Source of the DNA: Oligoflexia bacterium
GTDB lineage: Bacteria; Bdellovibrionota; Bdellovibrionia; JABDDW01
Direction of reading: 5' to 3'
Assembly (NCBI GenBank): GCA_043732305.1
Contig: JAYTHU010000215.1
Span: 1 to 23,219, forward strand
Length of the DNA stretch: 23,219 nt
The notes below the pieces were generated by a model. That model had not been told where the DNA came from, ran no database searches, and saw nothing but the letters and a program-made list of their open reading frames with translations. Of this stretch, positions 1 through 10,089 are shown piece by piece (position 1 is the stretch's first letter; every line of letters starts with the position of its first letter). Position numbers and translations under genes: made by a program.

Positions 1-165
1 AAGCTTTCTACCGAATCCGAGGGAGAATACCTCCACGCGAACTCCGAAAAATTTTGCAACCGCGAAGTGTCCAAACTCGTGCACAAAAATGAGCACTCCG
101 AGAAGAACTACCAACGGTACGATGAACGAAAAACCTTGGTGTAAAAAATGAGAAATGAGATGCAT
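1..165 (-). CDS. rseP: RIP metalloprotease RseP (M50), 5' part, runs off window
   Basis: Manual translation [60 protein letters not shown] zinc motif plus V-F-S-x-G-F-G; SD AAGGAG at 172-177; follows cdsA. Not in ORF track. Confidence 0.95.
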   Translation of the reverse strand, partial: MHLISHFLHQGFSFIVPLVVLLGVLIFVHEFGHFAVAKFFGVRVEVFSLGFGRKL

Positions 166-239
166 TTTTAGCTCCTTAAAATGTCGACTTCTATTAGTTT
201 ACTCCTTTGCTAAAAGGAGGGAAACAAAATCTGCGGAGA

Positions 240-1055
240 TTACTTAAGTATCAGAAACTTAACAAAGATATAGACCATTGGAGCGCCAAAGAGAACACCA
301 TCTAAACGATCCAAAAGTCCGCCATGACCCGGCATGATGTGCCCGGAATCTTTAGCGTTAAAACTGCGTTTCATCATGGACTCGCAAAGGTCGCCTAATT
401 GCGCCACAACGGATGTAACTAGACATAAGATCAGAACCAAGAGCACATCAGAATCGTGAATCAAAAAATGCCTGATAGAAAGTCCCATGATCACGCTTCC
501 GCCTAATGCCCCTACGGCACCTTCGACGGATTTATTGGGAGAGATGCGCGAGAAAAGTTTGTTTTTTCCAAACTTTTTTCCAAAGAAATAAGCCACCGTG
601 TCACCGGCAAAGACGACCATCATGGTAAAGATAAACCACTCAAGATGATCCGATTCCTTCGCCAACAAACTAATGTAAACGGGGCAAACCCCCGCATACA
701 AAATGCCTAAAACGCAGAGTCCGGTTTTATCGACAAGTTCTCTTAGAGGTAGCTTTTCATTTCGTGCGAGAAGTAAAAACACCAAGAAAAGTAAAAGTGT
801 TGTGAGCGCAAAACTATGCATGATGAGATCAGGTTTCAAAATTCCAAATGTATAGGCGGTCAGACCCAGGATAATAAATGAGATGCGCGCTTTAAAGTAA
901 GCTTCTCCAGGAAGAGCCATTCGACTGTATTCCCACAAAATACGGAGGCTGGCGAAAAAGCAGGTGATTGCAATTCCTTTATAGCCCCATATAGAAACAA
1001 TCACGCACGCGGCGATAAATGCCACAAGCGCACTGATCACACGAGTTCCGGTCAT
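240..1055 (-). CDS. cdsA: Phosphatidate cytidylyltransferase
   Basis: Multi-TM protein with DTVAYFFG, SPNKSVEG and ESMMKR..KDSGHIMPGHGGLLDRLD motifs; ATGA overlap with uppS. Confidence 0.97.
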   Translation of the reverse strand: MTGTRVISALVAFIAACVIVSIWGYKGIAITCFFASLRILWEYSRMALPGEAYFKARISFIILGLTAYTFGILKPDLIMHSFALTTLLLFLVFLLLARNEKLPLRELVDKTGLCVLGILYAGVCPVYISLLAKESDHLEWFIFTMMVVFAGDTVAYFFGKKFGKNKLFSRISPNKSVEGAVGALGGSVIMGLSIRHFLIHDSDVLLVLILCLVTSVVAQLGDLCESMMKRSFNAKDSGHIMPGHGGLLDRLDGVLFGAPMVYIFVKFLILK

Positions 1056-1770
1056 AGCGTGCTCGTGTCCACTTGCTCTCGAGTGAGACCAAATCTTCGA
1101 TGACGTTTGTCGTAGTCTTCTAAAGCCTCATGCAAATCCGCGGGTTTAAATTCAGGCCATAGCTTAGGAGTGACGTAAATTTCGCTGTACGCCGCTTGCC
1201 ACAATAGAAAATTACTTAAACGAAGTTCACCACTGGTTCTGATGATCATGTCGGGATCCGGCATGTCTTGCGTGAATAAATGCGAGTTAATGTAGTCTTC
1301 AGTGATTTGAGCAGGATCTAGTTTTCCACTTTGAACTTCGCGTGCTGCTGCCTGAACAACTTTTGTAATTTCTTGGCGTGATCCGTAACTCAAAGCAAAT
1401 GTCATGCAGAGCCCAGTGTTGTGAGAAGTTTTTTGAATGGTATCAAGGACAATTTTTTTCGCAATAACAGGAAGTTTATCCAGATCACCAATCGCGCAGA
1501 ATCGAATATTTTGTTTCAGTAATGTTTTTTGTTGGCGCAAAAGATATTTACAGAGAAGCTTCATTAATAGTTGAACTTCATCGGTGGGGCGGCCCCAATT
1601 TTCCGTGCTAAATGCATAGAGAGTTAAATATCCCATTCCAAGTTTGGTGCATTCTGTAACTATAGCTCTCAAAGCTGTGGCGCCACGGATATGTCCAAAG
1701 ACTCTCGGATGGCCGCGTTTTTTCGCCCAGCGGCCATTACCATCCATGATGATGGCCAAGTGGTTGAGGC

Positions 1771-1774
<4 letters not shown>
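1052..1774 (-). CDS. uppS: Undecaprenyl diphosphate synthase
   Basis: HLAIIMDGNGRWA, YAFSTENW, SYGSR, RTSGELRLSNFLLWQ motifs. Confidence 0.98.
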
Positions 1775-3738
<1,964 letters not shown>

Positions 3739-3748
3739 TTAATACTCC

Positions 3749-4723
3749 TTATGAGTCAGATTCGTCGGTAGCAGGGGTTTCTTCTGCAATTGGAGTAGCA
3801 TCAGAATTTTCGATTTCTTCAGCCTGTCCTGCTGTGACGAGGGCTCTTTTCTTCGTGCGTTTCACTACTGAAATTGCGGGTCCACCAGAACCGGCTGCTC
3901 CAATGTTCATAATTGGGGTAGCGACGGCAACTTTAGCAGCTTGCTCACGTTGAGCTGCCACTTGTTTTTCTTTCATTTCACGAGCGACGTCTGCTTGTTT
4001 GTCAGACATTGCGCGAAGTTTTTGTTCCCAGATTTGCGCACCTTCATTGTAAGCATCCGCAACCATGTTCGCAAAAAGTTTGATGGCACGAATTGCATCA
4101 TCGTTTGAAGGGATTGGGAATTCGATCAAATCAGGATCGCAGTTAGTGTCGGCCATTCCCACAACAGGAATATCCAAACGAGCAGCTTCTAGAACAGCAA
4201 TGTGTTCTTTTTTGAGATCGACGATGAAAAGAGCAGCAGGCAATTCCTTCATATCTCGAATTCCTTCGAAATTTTGAGTGAGTTTGATGCGTTCTTTTTC
4301 CATTCCGATGCCTTCTTTTTTAGAGTAAAGCTCGAACTCGCCTTTTTCTTTCATCTGGTCTAAACGTCTCATGCGCTCAATGTTAGCTTTAATGGTTTCA
4401 AAGTTAGTGAGAGTTCCGCCGAGCCATCGCTCAGTCATGTAGAATTGTCCGCATTTTTTAGCAGCTTCTTGAATAGTTTCACGAGCTTGTTTTTTGGTGC
4501 CGATGAAGATCATTCGTCCGCCATCGCTAGCGAGTTGTTTTACGTATTTGGCTGCTTCTTCTGCCATGGAGACAGTTTTTTGCAAATCGATGATATAAAT
4601 ACCACCGCGAGCGCCGAAGACGTAGGGCTTCATTTTGGGGTTCCAACGAGCTAATTGGTGACCGAAGTGAACTCCGGCTTCCAACATATCTTTCATTGTG
4701 ATGTTGTATTCTGCTAGGGACAT
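3749..4723 (-). CDS. rpsB: 30S ribosomal protein uS2, 324 aa with C-terminal extension
   Basis: MLEAGVHFGH, WNPKM, RWLGGTLTN, DTNCDP, PSNDDAIRA; start moved to ATG 4723 behind SD AAGGAGG (4731-4737). Confidence 0.98.
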   Translation of the reverse strand: MSLAEYNITMKDMLEAGVHFGHQLARWNPKMKPYVFGARGGIYIIDLQKTVSMAEEAAKYVKQLASDGGRMIFIGTKKQARETIQEAAKKCGQFYMTERWLGGTLTNFETIKANIERMRRLDQMKEKGEFELYSKKEGIGMEKERIKLTQNFEGIRDMKELPAALFIVDLKKEHIAVLEAARLDIPVVGMADTNCDPDLIEFPIPSNDDAIRAIKLFANMVADAYNEGAQIWEQKLRAMSDKQADVAREMKEKQVAAQREQAAKVAVATPIMNIGAAGSGGPAISVVKRTKKRALVTAGQAEEIENSDATPIAEETPATDESDS

Positions 4724-4830
4724 AAAAAGGCCTCCTTCTGGTTGTTCCTCCCCCTTTACCATGGATAAGGCTTTAAGATTCCTTGGGAATCCGCCTTTCC
4801 ACACCAGTATGGAAATTAAAGGGGTGTGTA
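4724..4830 (-). ncRNA. Structured rpsB 5' leader (probable S2 autoregulatory element, t44-like position)
   Basis: Closing helix CCCCUUUA/UAAAGGGG (4817-4824 with 4751-4758) encloses hairpins at 4796-4815 and 4769-4795. G-U wobbles fit the minus strand. ACACAC at the 5' end. Confidence 0.7.
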
Positions 4831-4848
4831 GTTATTAAATCAAGAGTT

Positions 4849-4878
4849 TGAATAGCATGGAAAAGACAGGAAATGCAA
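4849..4878 (-). promoter_or_regulatory. Probable sigma70 promoter of rpsB-tsf operon
   Basis: TTGCAT-N18-TATTCA with extended -10 TG, just upstream of the structured leader. Confidence 0.5.
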
Positions 4879-5070
4879 ACTGAAAACTCCGCTTGCCCAG
4901 TTTCCGAAAGAGTCCGATTTCCGATCAGTTTGTCGGTTCTGTTTCCGTTTTATTCTCCATTTTCGATTTTTTTGTCGCCCTCTTCGTGAGTGCCGGGGAA
5001 TGATTGCGTTTTCGAGTTTCACTAACGCGGAGTTAGTGGATTTGGCCTAGAAACTTTCGGAACTTGAAAA

Positions 5071-6255
5071 TCAATATGATTCGCAATTTAAAGCCGTGTT
5101 CGATGCCATTTGCGAGTTGATCACCTCAGTTGTTTCATTCTGAGTGAGTCGTTCTGCTGCCGCTAAAGCACCAGCCATCGCACTTCCCACGAAGGTTGAT
5201 TCTAGGGCTTTATCAGAAATACTCGTTGGAAGAATCTGCCCGCCAATGGGAAGCAAGTTTTCAAAGCTATGGAATACATTGAGTGGTGAAGTCATCGCAC
5301 TTGGAACAACGAGCAGACGTTCCCAATGGGTTTCGCCTTCGGTAAACAATGTGGGAAATGCTTTTTTGATTTGTTTCTTCATGTGTTTGATCACTTTAGA
5401 AACGTCTTCGTCATTTTGTGCTTCTTCGTCAGTAAGAAATGTCACCCAACTTGAAATTTGAAAACCTTTGGATTGTCTTAGCGGATCAGCATTGCTGATA
5501 AATTGTCCCGCCACGTGAAAATCGTCATCGCTGAGGATGAACATGTTTTTATGTTCAGTCACCCGTTTAGCCGTTCCGAGATCTAAACTCAGAGCGGTGA
5601 GACTTTCTGATTTCAGAATTTTCTGCAGAGATTTGGTTTGGAAACCAATCGCAGGCAATAACGAGACCAATGTTTTTGGTGGGAAAGTGGTGACAAAATT
5701 ATCTGCGGTCCAGGTTTCGTCGACATTACCATTCATGACAACGCTAATGATTCGTTCACCTTCAACATTTAATTTTGTAACAACTGATTTGTTTTTTCTT
5801 TTTGCTTCGGGAATGATCGCCAGAAGTTCATCAATAAGTACTTTCCACCCGTTGGAAACAAGAATTCGGGGTGAGAGAGTGTAGTAATCCATGGCTTCAG
5901 TAGTTTGGCACTTTTTAGTTTCACCAAATCCAACAAATGGAATCAATCCTGCTTTTACGCCGGATTTTAAATTATTAGTGAGTGGAGTTTCTGTGACAGT
6001 CTCGATCGCAAAACTAAGATTTAATTTTTTCTTGAGTTTCAAAAGCGGATTTTCTGAAATGTCGCCAACCGGAATAGATTTTAGTCCGAAGTCGAGCCAA
6101 ACCTCTTGCTCAAGTTGCCCGCGTGTAAGTCCGCCGAATTCATCCTGGGCTTCGAATAAAATGTAATCCACACCTTCTTTTTCCAAAAGTGCAGCTGTTG
6201 TGAGGCCGGCGAGACCTCCACCCAAAATAATGACCTGTTTGTGTTTTTTAGCCAT
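5071..6255 (-). CDS. FAD-dependent oxidoreductase, substrate unknown (amine oxidase/phytoene dehydrogenase-like superfamily)
   Basis: N-terminal Rossmann VIILGGGLAGL...LFEA..EFGG, then D-x-G; C-terminal FENL..G...GALAAA. Confidence 0.75.
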   Translation of the reverse strand: MAKKHKQVIILGGGLAGLTTAALLEKEGVDYILFEAQDEFGGLTRGQLEQEVWLDFGLKSIPVGDISENPLLKLKKKLNLSFAIETVTETPLTNNLKSGVKAGLIPFVGFGETKKCQTTEAMDYYTLSPRILVSNGWKVLIDELLAIIPEAKRKNKSVVTKLNVEGERIISVVMNGNVDETWTADNFVTTFPPKTLVSLLPAIGFQTKSLQKILKSESLTALSLDLGTAKRVTEHKNMFILSDDDFHVAGQFISNADPLRQSKGFQISSWVTFLTDEEAQNDEDVSKVIKHMKKQIKKAFPTLFTEGETHWERLLVVPSAMTSPLNVFHSFENLLPIGGQILPTSISDKALESTFVGSAMAGALAAAERLTQNETTEVINSQMASNTALNCESY

Positions 6256-6261
6256 GATGAA

Positions 6262-6290
6262 AGATTAGAATCTGAAGCTATTTATTTCAA
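6262..6290 (-). promoter_or_regulatory. sigma70 promoter giving a leaderless transcript
   Basis: TTGAAA-N17-TAATCT-N6-ATG(6255); no SD. Confidence 0.65.
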
Positions 6291-7067
6291 GTTGTATTTT
6301 TGGTTGATCCGCTTGGCCATCTTCTCTAGAGACACTCGGGTCATCTTTTTGAGAACTGGCGAATTCTCGATGACATCAGCTATCGGGGGACTGACCACGT
6401 AGTAGATTTGAGTAAACGCACGACCCCAAACATGAGAAAGGAGAACTTTATCACGGTAGTTTTGAAGGGTCACCACCGTGGGATGTGCGGAATCCTCAAA
6501 GGTTGCCGTAGCAATGAAGCATCTGCCTTTTTTCTTACGTGCGGCTTTGAGAACTCTCTCGAAAACATCTTTGTTTTTGGCGACTTTTTTATATTCTTCT
6601 ATCTTTTTTAAAAGCTCAGAATAAATCGGAGTGAAGGGCAAAAATTCAGCGAGCTTTTCTGCGCATTGATCCAGCCGTTTTTTAAACCGTGGGGACATGT
6701 CATAAACGCGAACCATATCCCAGTAAGCACCAACAATGACGACCATTTCTTTTTGGCGGGCAGAGTTATTGAAGCTGCTGACTTTTATTTCATTTGGCTT
6801 TGCTTCATACACAATTTCCAGGACCCGAAGATATCTTTCATAAGAAGTAACGGCATGGGCGTAATTTTTTAAAGCAAAACGGTCTCGTGCTTCACGAACC
6901 AAATGCACACGGCTGCGCCAAAGATTAAGACGTTGCTGCTCTTTGGCGGCGCGTTTTTGCACACGGCGATCTTCCGCATTCTTTCGCGACTGAGCTTGAT
7001 CGATTGATACCTTGGGTTCAGATTGGCTTGTCGCCCCGACTTCAGTCTTTTTGGGTTCATTACTCAT
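6282..7067 (-). CDS. Helical (TPR-like) protein with C-terminal CFI-box-CTERM domain
   Basis: CFIATATF...LQNYRDKVL....GRAFTQIYYVVSPPIA matches the CFI-box pattern; no signal peptide. Confidence 0.8.
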   Translation of the reverse strand: MSNEPKKTEVGATSQSEPKVSIDQAQSRKNAEDRRVQKRAAKEQQRLNLWRSRVHLVREARDRFALKNYAHAVTSYERYLRVLEIVYEAKPNEIKVSSFNNSARQKEMVVIVGAYWDMVRVYDMSPRFKKRLDQCAEKLAEFLPFTPIYSELLKKIEEYKKVAKNKDVFERVLKAARKKKGRCFIATATFEDSAHPTVVTLQNYRDKVLLSHVWGRAFTQIYYVVSPPIADVIENSPVLKKMTRVSLEKMAKRINQKYNLK

Positions 7068-7073
7068 ACTTTT

Positions 7074-7079
7074 ATTCTA
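7074..7079 (-). promoter_or_regulatory. -10 box giving a leaderless transcript
   Basis: TAGAAT-N6-ATG(7067); no SD; no -35 at canonical spacing (TTGACG is only 10 nt upstream). Confidence 0.45.
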
Positions 7080-7117
7080 GAGCATTTTGCGTCAAACGCC
7101 CTAAGGAATTGTGGCTA

Positions 7118-9166
7118 CTAAAGTAGGTGAAGTGGATCAACATCAACTGTTACAGAGATTTGAGAGGGGGCCCAAACTTCGGCGTGGTTGATGAAACGTT
7201 GCAAAAAAAGATTTAGGTTTTTTGATGATTTTGTCTTAATCAAAATTTGGTAACGAAATTTATTTTTAATTTTAACGAGTGCTGCCTCAGCGGGTCCGAG
7301 CGCTTCGATAGATTCAAACTCTGGATGTTGTTTTTTAAGCAATTCGATTTGATCTTTAGCCGCAGTAGCAACGTCTTCGGTTTTGTTTTGGTCAGGTCCT
7401 TGAAATCGAATCATCGCCAGTTTTCCGAATGGCGGGTAGCCAAGTTCTTTTCTTTCGGTAAGTTCAACTTTTGCAAAACCAACGTAATCATGTGTCACGG
7501 AATAATGAATAGCTGGATGATCTGGAAGATAAGTTTGCACGATCACTAGACCTGGCTTTTGGTGGCGACCTGCCCGACCCGCGACCTGTGTCAGCAATTG
7601 AAAAGTTCTTTCGCTCGATCTAAAATCAGGAAAATGTAAACCGAGATCTGCAGCCAAAGTTCCCACCAGCGTGAGCAATGGGAAATCATGACCTTTGGCG
7701 ATCATTTGCGTTCCCACAATGATGTCAATTTCGTGTTTCATGATTTTATCTAATAATTCTTCTAGCGATTTTCTAGAATCGATTTCATCACGATCCGCGC
7801 GCGCAATTCTAGCTTCCGGGAAAAAGATTTGAAGTTCCTCTTTTACTTTTTCTGTTCCTAGTCCAATTGATTTCAGAGGAAATCCGCGGCAAGATGGACA
7901 CATTAGAGGTTTTGGTTTTTGAAACCCACAGTAATGGCAAATCAGTTGTAAACCACGATTGTGCAATGTGAGGGTGACGCTGCAACGTTGACATTGCTCC
8001 ACATATCCACAACCAGAACACAGAGCAAATTGTGCATATCCACGACGATTTATAAAAAGTGCGCTTTGCTCTTTATTTTTTAAACGATTGCCAATTTCTT
8101 CGAACAGGGGAGTGCTAATCCATGAAGGAATGTAACTGTCGCGTTTTTCTTTTTTACTTTCCCTTAAATCCACAACTTTCACTTCCGGTAGATTTCGGTT
8201 TTCCACTCGTGATGGAAGTTTAAGCATCTTGTACTTCCCACTTTCAGTGTTGTACCAAGATTCTAAACTAGGCGTGGCACTGCCTAAAACTATTGGACAT
8301 TTAAAAATGCTAGCCTTCATGATAGCGGCATCGCGGGCGTTGTATTTCAGTTGTTCTTCTTGTTTGTAGCTGGGTTCATGTTCCTCATCCACAATGACTA
8401 ATCCCAAAGTATCGAGAGGACAGAATACTGCGGAGCGTGCGCCGACTAAGATTTTTTTGCCGCCACTCAATGCGGCTTTCCATTGATCGGATTTTTCTCG
8501 CTCTGTTAAATGCGAGTGAATGACCGCAACGTTTTCGCCAAATCTACCGATGAATCTTCTGATCAATTGCGGAGTGAGACTTATTTCGGGAACCAAAACT
8601 AAAACTTGTTTGCCCGACTCCAACACCTCTTTAATTGACTGCAAATAAACTTCAGTTTTTCCGCTACCTGTGACTCCAAAAAGAAGAAAGGTTTCAAACT
8701 TCCCTGTTTTAGAAGCATCAACAATGGCATCGATGGCTTTTTTCTGTTCTGGATTTGCGATCGGTGCGGGCAATCTTTCGATGGCGTCTTCAGCCAGATC
8801 TGTTGGTGGAGGATTTTTGGCTTTTCGCTTTCTATCCGTGATGAGTGGTGCAAAAGCCAAAGAATAAACAAGCCCGGGAGGGTGCAGATAATATTGCGAC
8901 AACCAAGAAAGCCACTGCATGTTTTTCGAATCTAATACGGGATCGCCCGTTAGTTCATTGATGGCCTTTATTTTAAATTTACTTGGCTTGTCTTTGGATT
9001 GGTTTGCTCCGGCAGTGACAACGCCTTTGATTGCGCGTCTTCCGAGGGGAACCATCACTCGCGAACCAACTCGAATTTCAGCTGCCAATTGTTCTGGAAT
9101 CTTATAGGTCAAAGCTTTCCCTAACGGGGCTTCAACTGCAACCAGCGCGAATTCGAAATCCGTCAT
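7118..9166 (-). CDS. priA: Primosomal protein N' (replication restart helicase)
   Basis: GVTGSGKTEVY, DEEHEPSYKQ, SATPSLES, four CxxC pairs, GTQMIAKGHDFP, QVAGRAGR. Confidence 0.98.
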   Translation of the reverse strand: MTDFEFALVAVEAPLGKALTYKIPEQLAAEIRVGSRVMVPLGRRAIKGVVTAGANQSKDKPSKFKIKAINELTGDPVLDSKNMQWLSWLSQYYLHPPGLVYSLAFAPLITDRKRKAKNPPPTDLAEDAIERLPAPIANPEQKKAIDAIVDASKTGKFETFLLFGVTGSGKTEVYLQSIKEVLESGKQVLVLVPEISLTPQLIRRFIGRFGENVAVIHSHLTEREKSDQWKAALSGGKKILVGARSAVFCPLDTLGLVIVDEEHEPSYKQEEQLKYNARDAAIMKASIFKCPIVLGSATPSLESWYNTESGKYKMLKLPSRVENRNLPEVKVVDLRESKKEKRDSYIPSWISTPLFEEIGNRLKNKEQSALFINRRGYAQFALCSGCGYVEQCQRCSVTLTLHNRGLQLICHYCGFQKPKPLMCPSCRGFPLKSIGLGTEKVKEELQIFFPEARIARADRDEIDSRKSLEELLDKIMKHEIDIIVGTQMIAKGHDFPLLTLVGTLAADLGLHFPDFRSSERTFQLLTQVAGRAGRHQKPGLVIVQTYLPDHPAIHYSVTHDYVGFAKVELTERKELGYPPFGKLAMIRFQGPDQNKTEDVATAAKDQIELLKKQHPEFESIEALGPAEAALVKIKNKFRYQILIKTKSSKNLNLFLQRFINHAEVWAPSQISVTVDVDPLHLL

Positions 9167-10089
9167 CTAAATCGCTTGTAAAATTGTTGAACGACGCCTG
9201 TCATAGAATGTTTGGGCCAAACTGTCGCATTCGTCATTTCTTTATTTTTAAACCATGAAGGATCGAATTGTTTTTTCTGTTCGCTTGAAACTTCCATCCC
9301 AAAAACATTTAAGACTTTTACCTGAACACTAGTTTCGGAAGCTCCAATGGGAGTGAAAGTAATAGTTTGAGTTCGAGGGAACGCGAGATTTTTAGCAAAG
9401 ATAAAATAATCTTGGCCATTGAAAACTGCGCCGGAAGTGGATCTCATTTTAGTGATAAAAAAATGATCCTGTTCTATCCATATTCCGGGCCATATTCCGG
9501 GCCAGATTCCGGGCCCAACTCCTGCCGAAGCCGCGGCACTAGCTTCCGGTGAGGATTTAGTGTCGAGGTATTCATATTGAACGGCGCCATTGTTTCTGCC
9601 AAGACGAACGAAATCGTCAGATTCCAATTTAATATCTCTCATCTCGCGAGGATTTCTTTTTTCTCGGAGTGCTTCAGCCGGGAGCATTCCAAAACGATGT
9701 AAAATTCTTTTCAAATCAGCCGCCGGACGAGTGAGCAAGAAGGTCATGAAAAGATCGCCGCTGCTTTCATTAGAATGTTCGGCTCCATCCTGATCATTCC
9801 AATACACGCGGCTTTTTTTCAAAAGCTTAGTTATGTGGAAATTATCGCCATTGGCTTGAAGAAACATTTCTCCACCATCAAGCACGAGCCAAGTTTCTTT
9901 CACAATTTGAGTTTCAGTGGCATTTTTAAAAATCACTTCCGTATTGATCTTGTAAGCGCCTTTGCCGTGAAGAGCCGCCGTGCGCTCAAAAACAAATTGT
10001 GAAGACGGAATGTAGGCAGAAGCAGTTGCGCAAACAAACAGAGCCGCAGTAGTTGTTAAAATTAAATTCGCTAAAAGTGAAAGCTTCAT
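9163..10089 (-). CDS. Secreted hypothetical protein (308 aa), possibly LolA-like beta fold
   Basis: Start at ATG 10089 overlaps the galU stop (ATGA); signal peptide MKLSLL...ATASA; stop overlaps the priA start; fold is inference from beta-rich pattern and the IWIEQD segment. Confidence 0.75.
   Translation of the reverse strand: MKLSLLANLILTTTAALFVCATASAYIPSSQFVFERTAALHGKGAYKINTEVIFKNATETQIVKETWLVLDGGEMFLQANGDNFHITKLLKKSRVYWNDQDGAEHSNESSGDLFMTFLLTRPAADLKRILHRFGMLPAEALREKRNPREMRDIKLESDDFVRLGRNNGAVQYEYLDTKSSPEASAAASAGVGPGIWPGIWPGIWIEQDHFFITKMRSTSGAVFNGQDYFIFAKNLAFPRTQTITFTPIGASETSVQVKVLNVFGMEVSSEQKKQFDPSWFKNKEMTNATVWPKHSMTGVVQQFYKRFR
9478..9513. repeat. 3 x 12-bp in-frame tandem repeat (PGIW x3)
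   Basis: CCATATTCCGGG, CCATATTCCGGG, CCAGATTCCGGG. Confidence 0.95.

Noticed and set aside
4724..4804. 27-aa N-terminal extension of uS2 in the ORF track
   Set aside because: Runs through the structured leader; a perfect SD precedes ATG 4723
4840..5022. 60-aa basic ORF upstream of rpsB
   Set aside because: GTG start without SD, overlaps the rpsB promoter; basic residues follow from A-rich sequence
4975..5050. c-di-GMP-I riboswitch-like words (GGCCAAA...ACGCAA) on the minus strand
   Set aside because: No GNRA tetraloop/receptor or convincing P1; lies upstream of the probable promoter. A cmscan would settle it.
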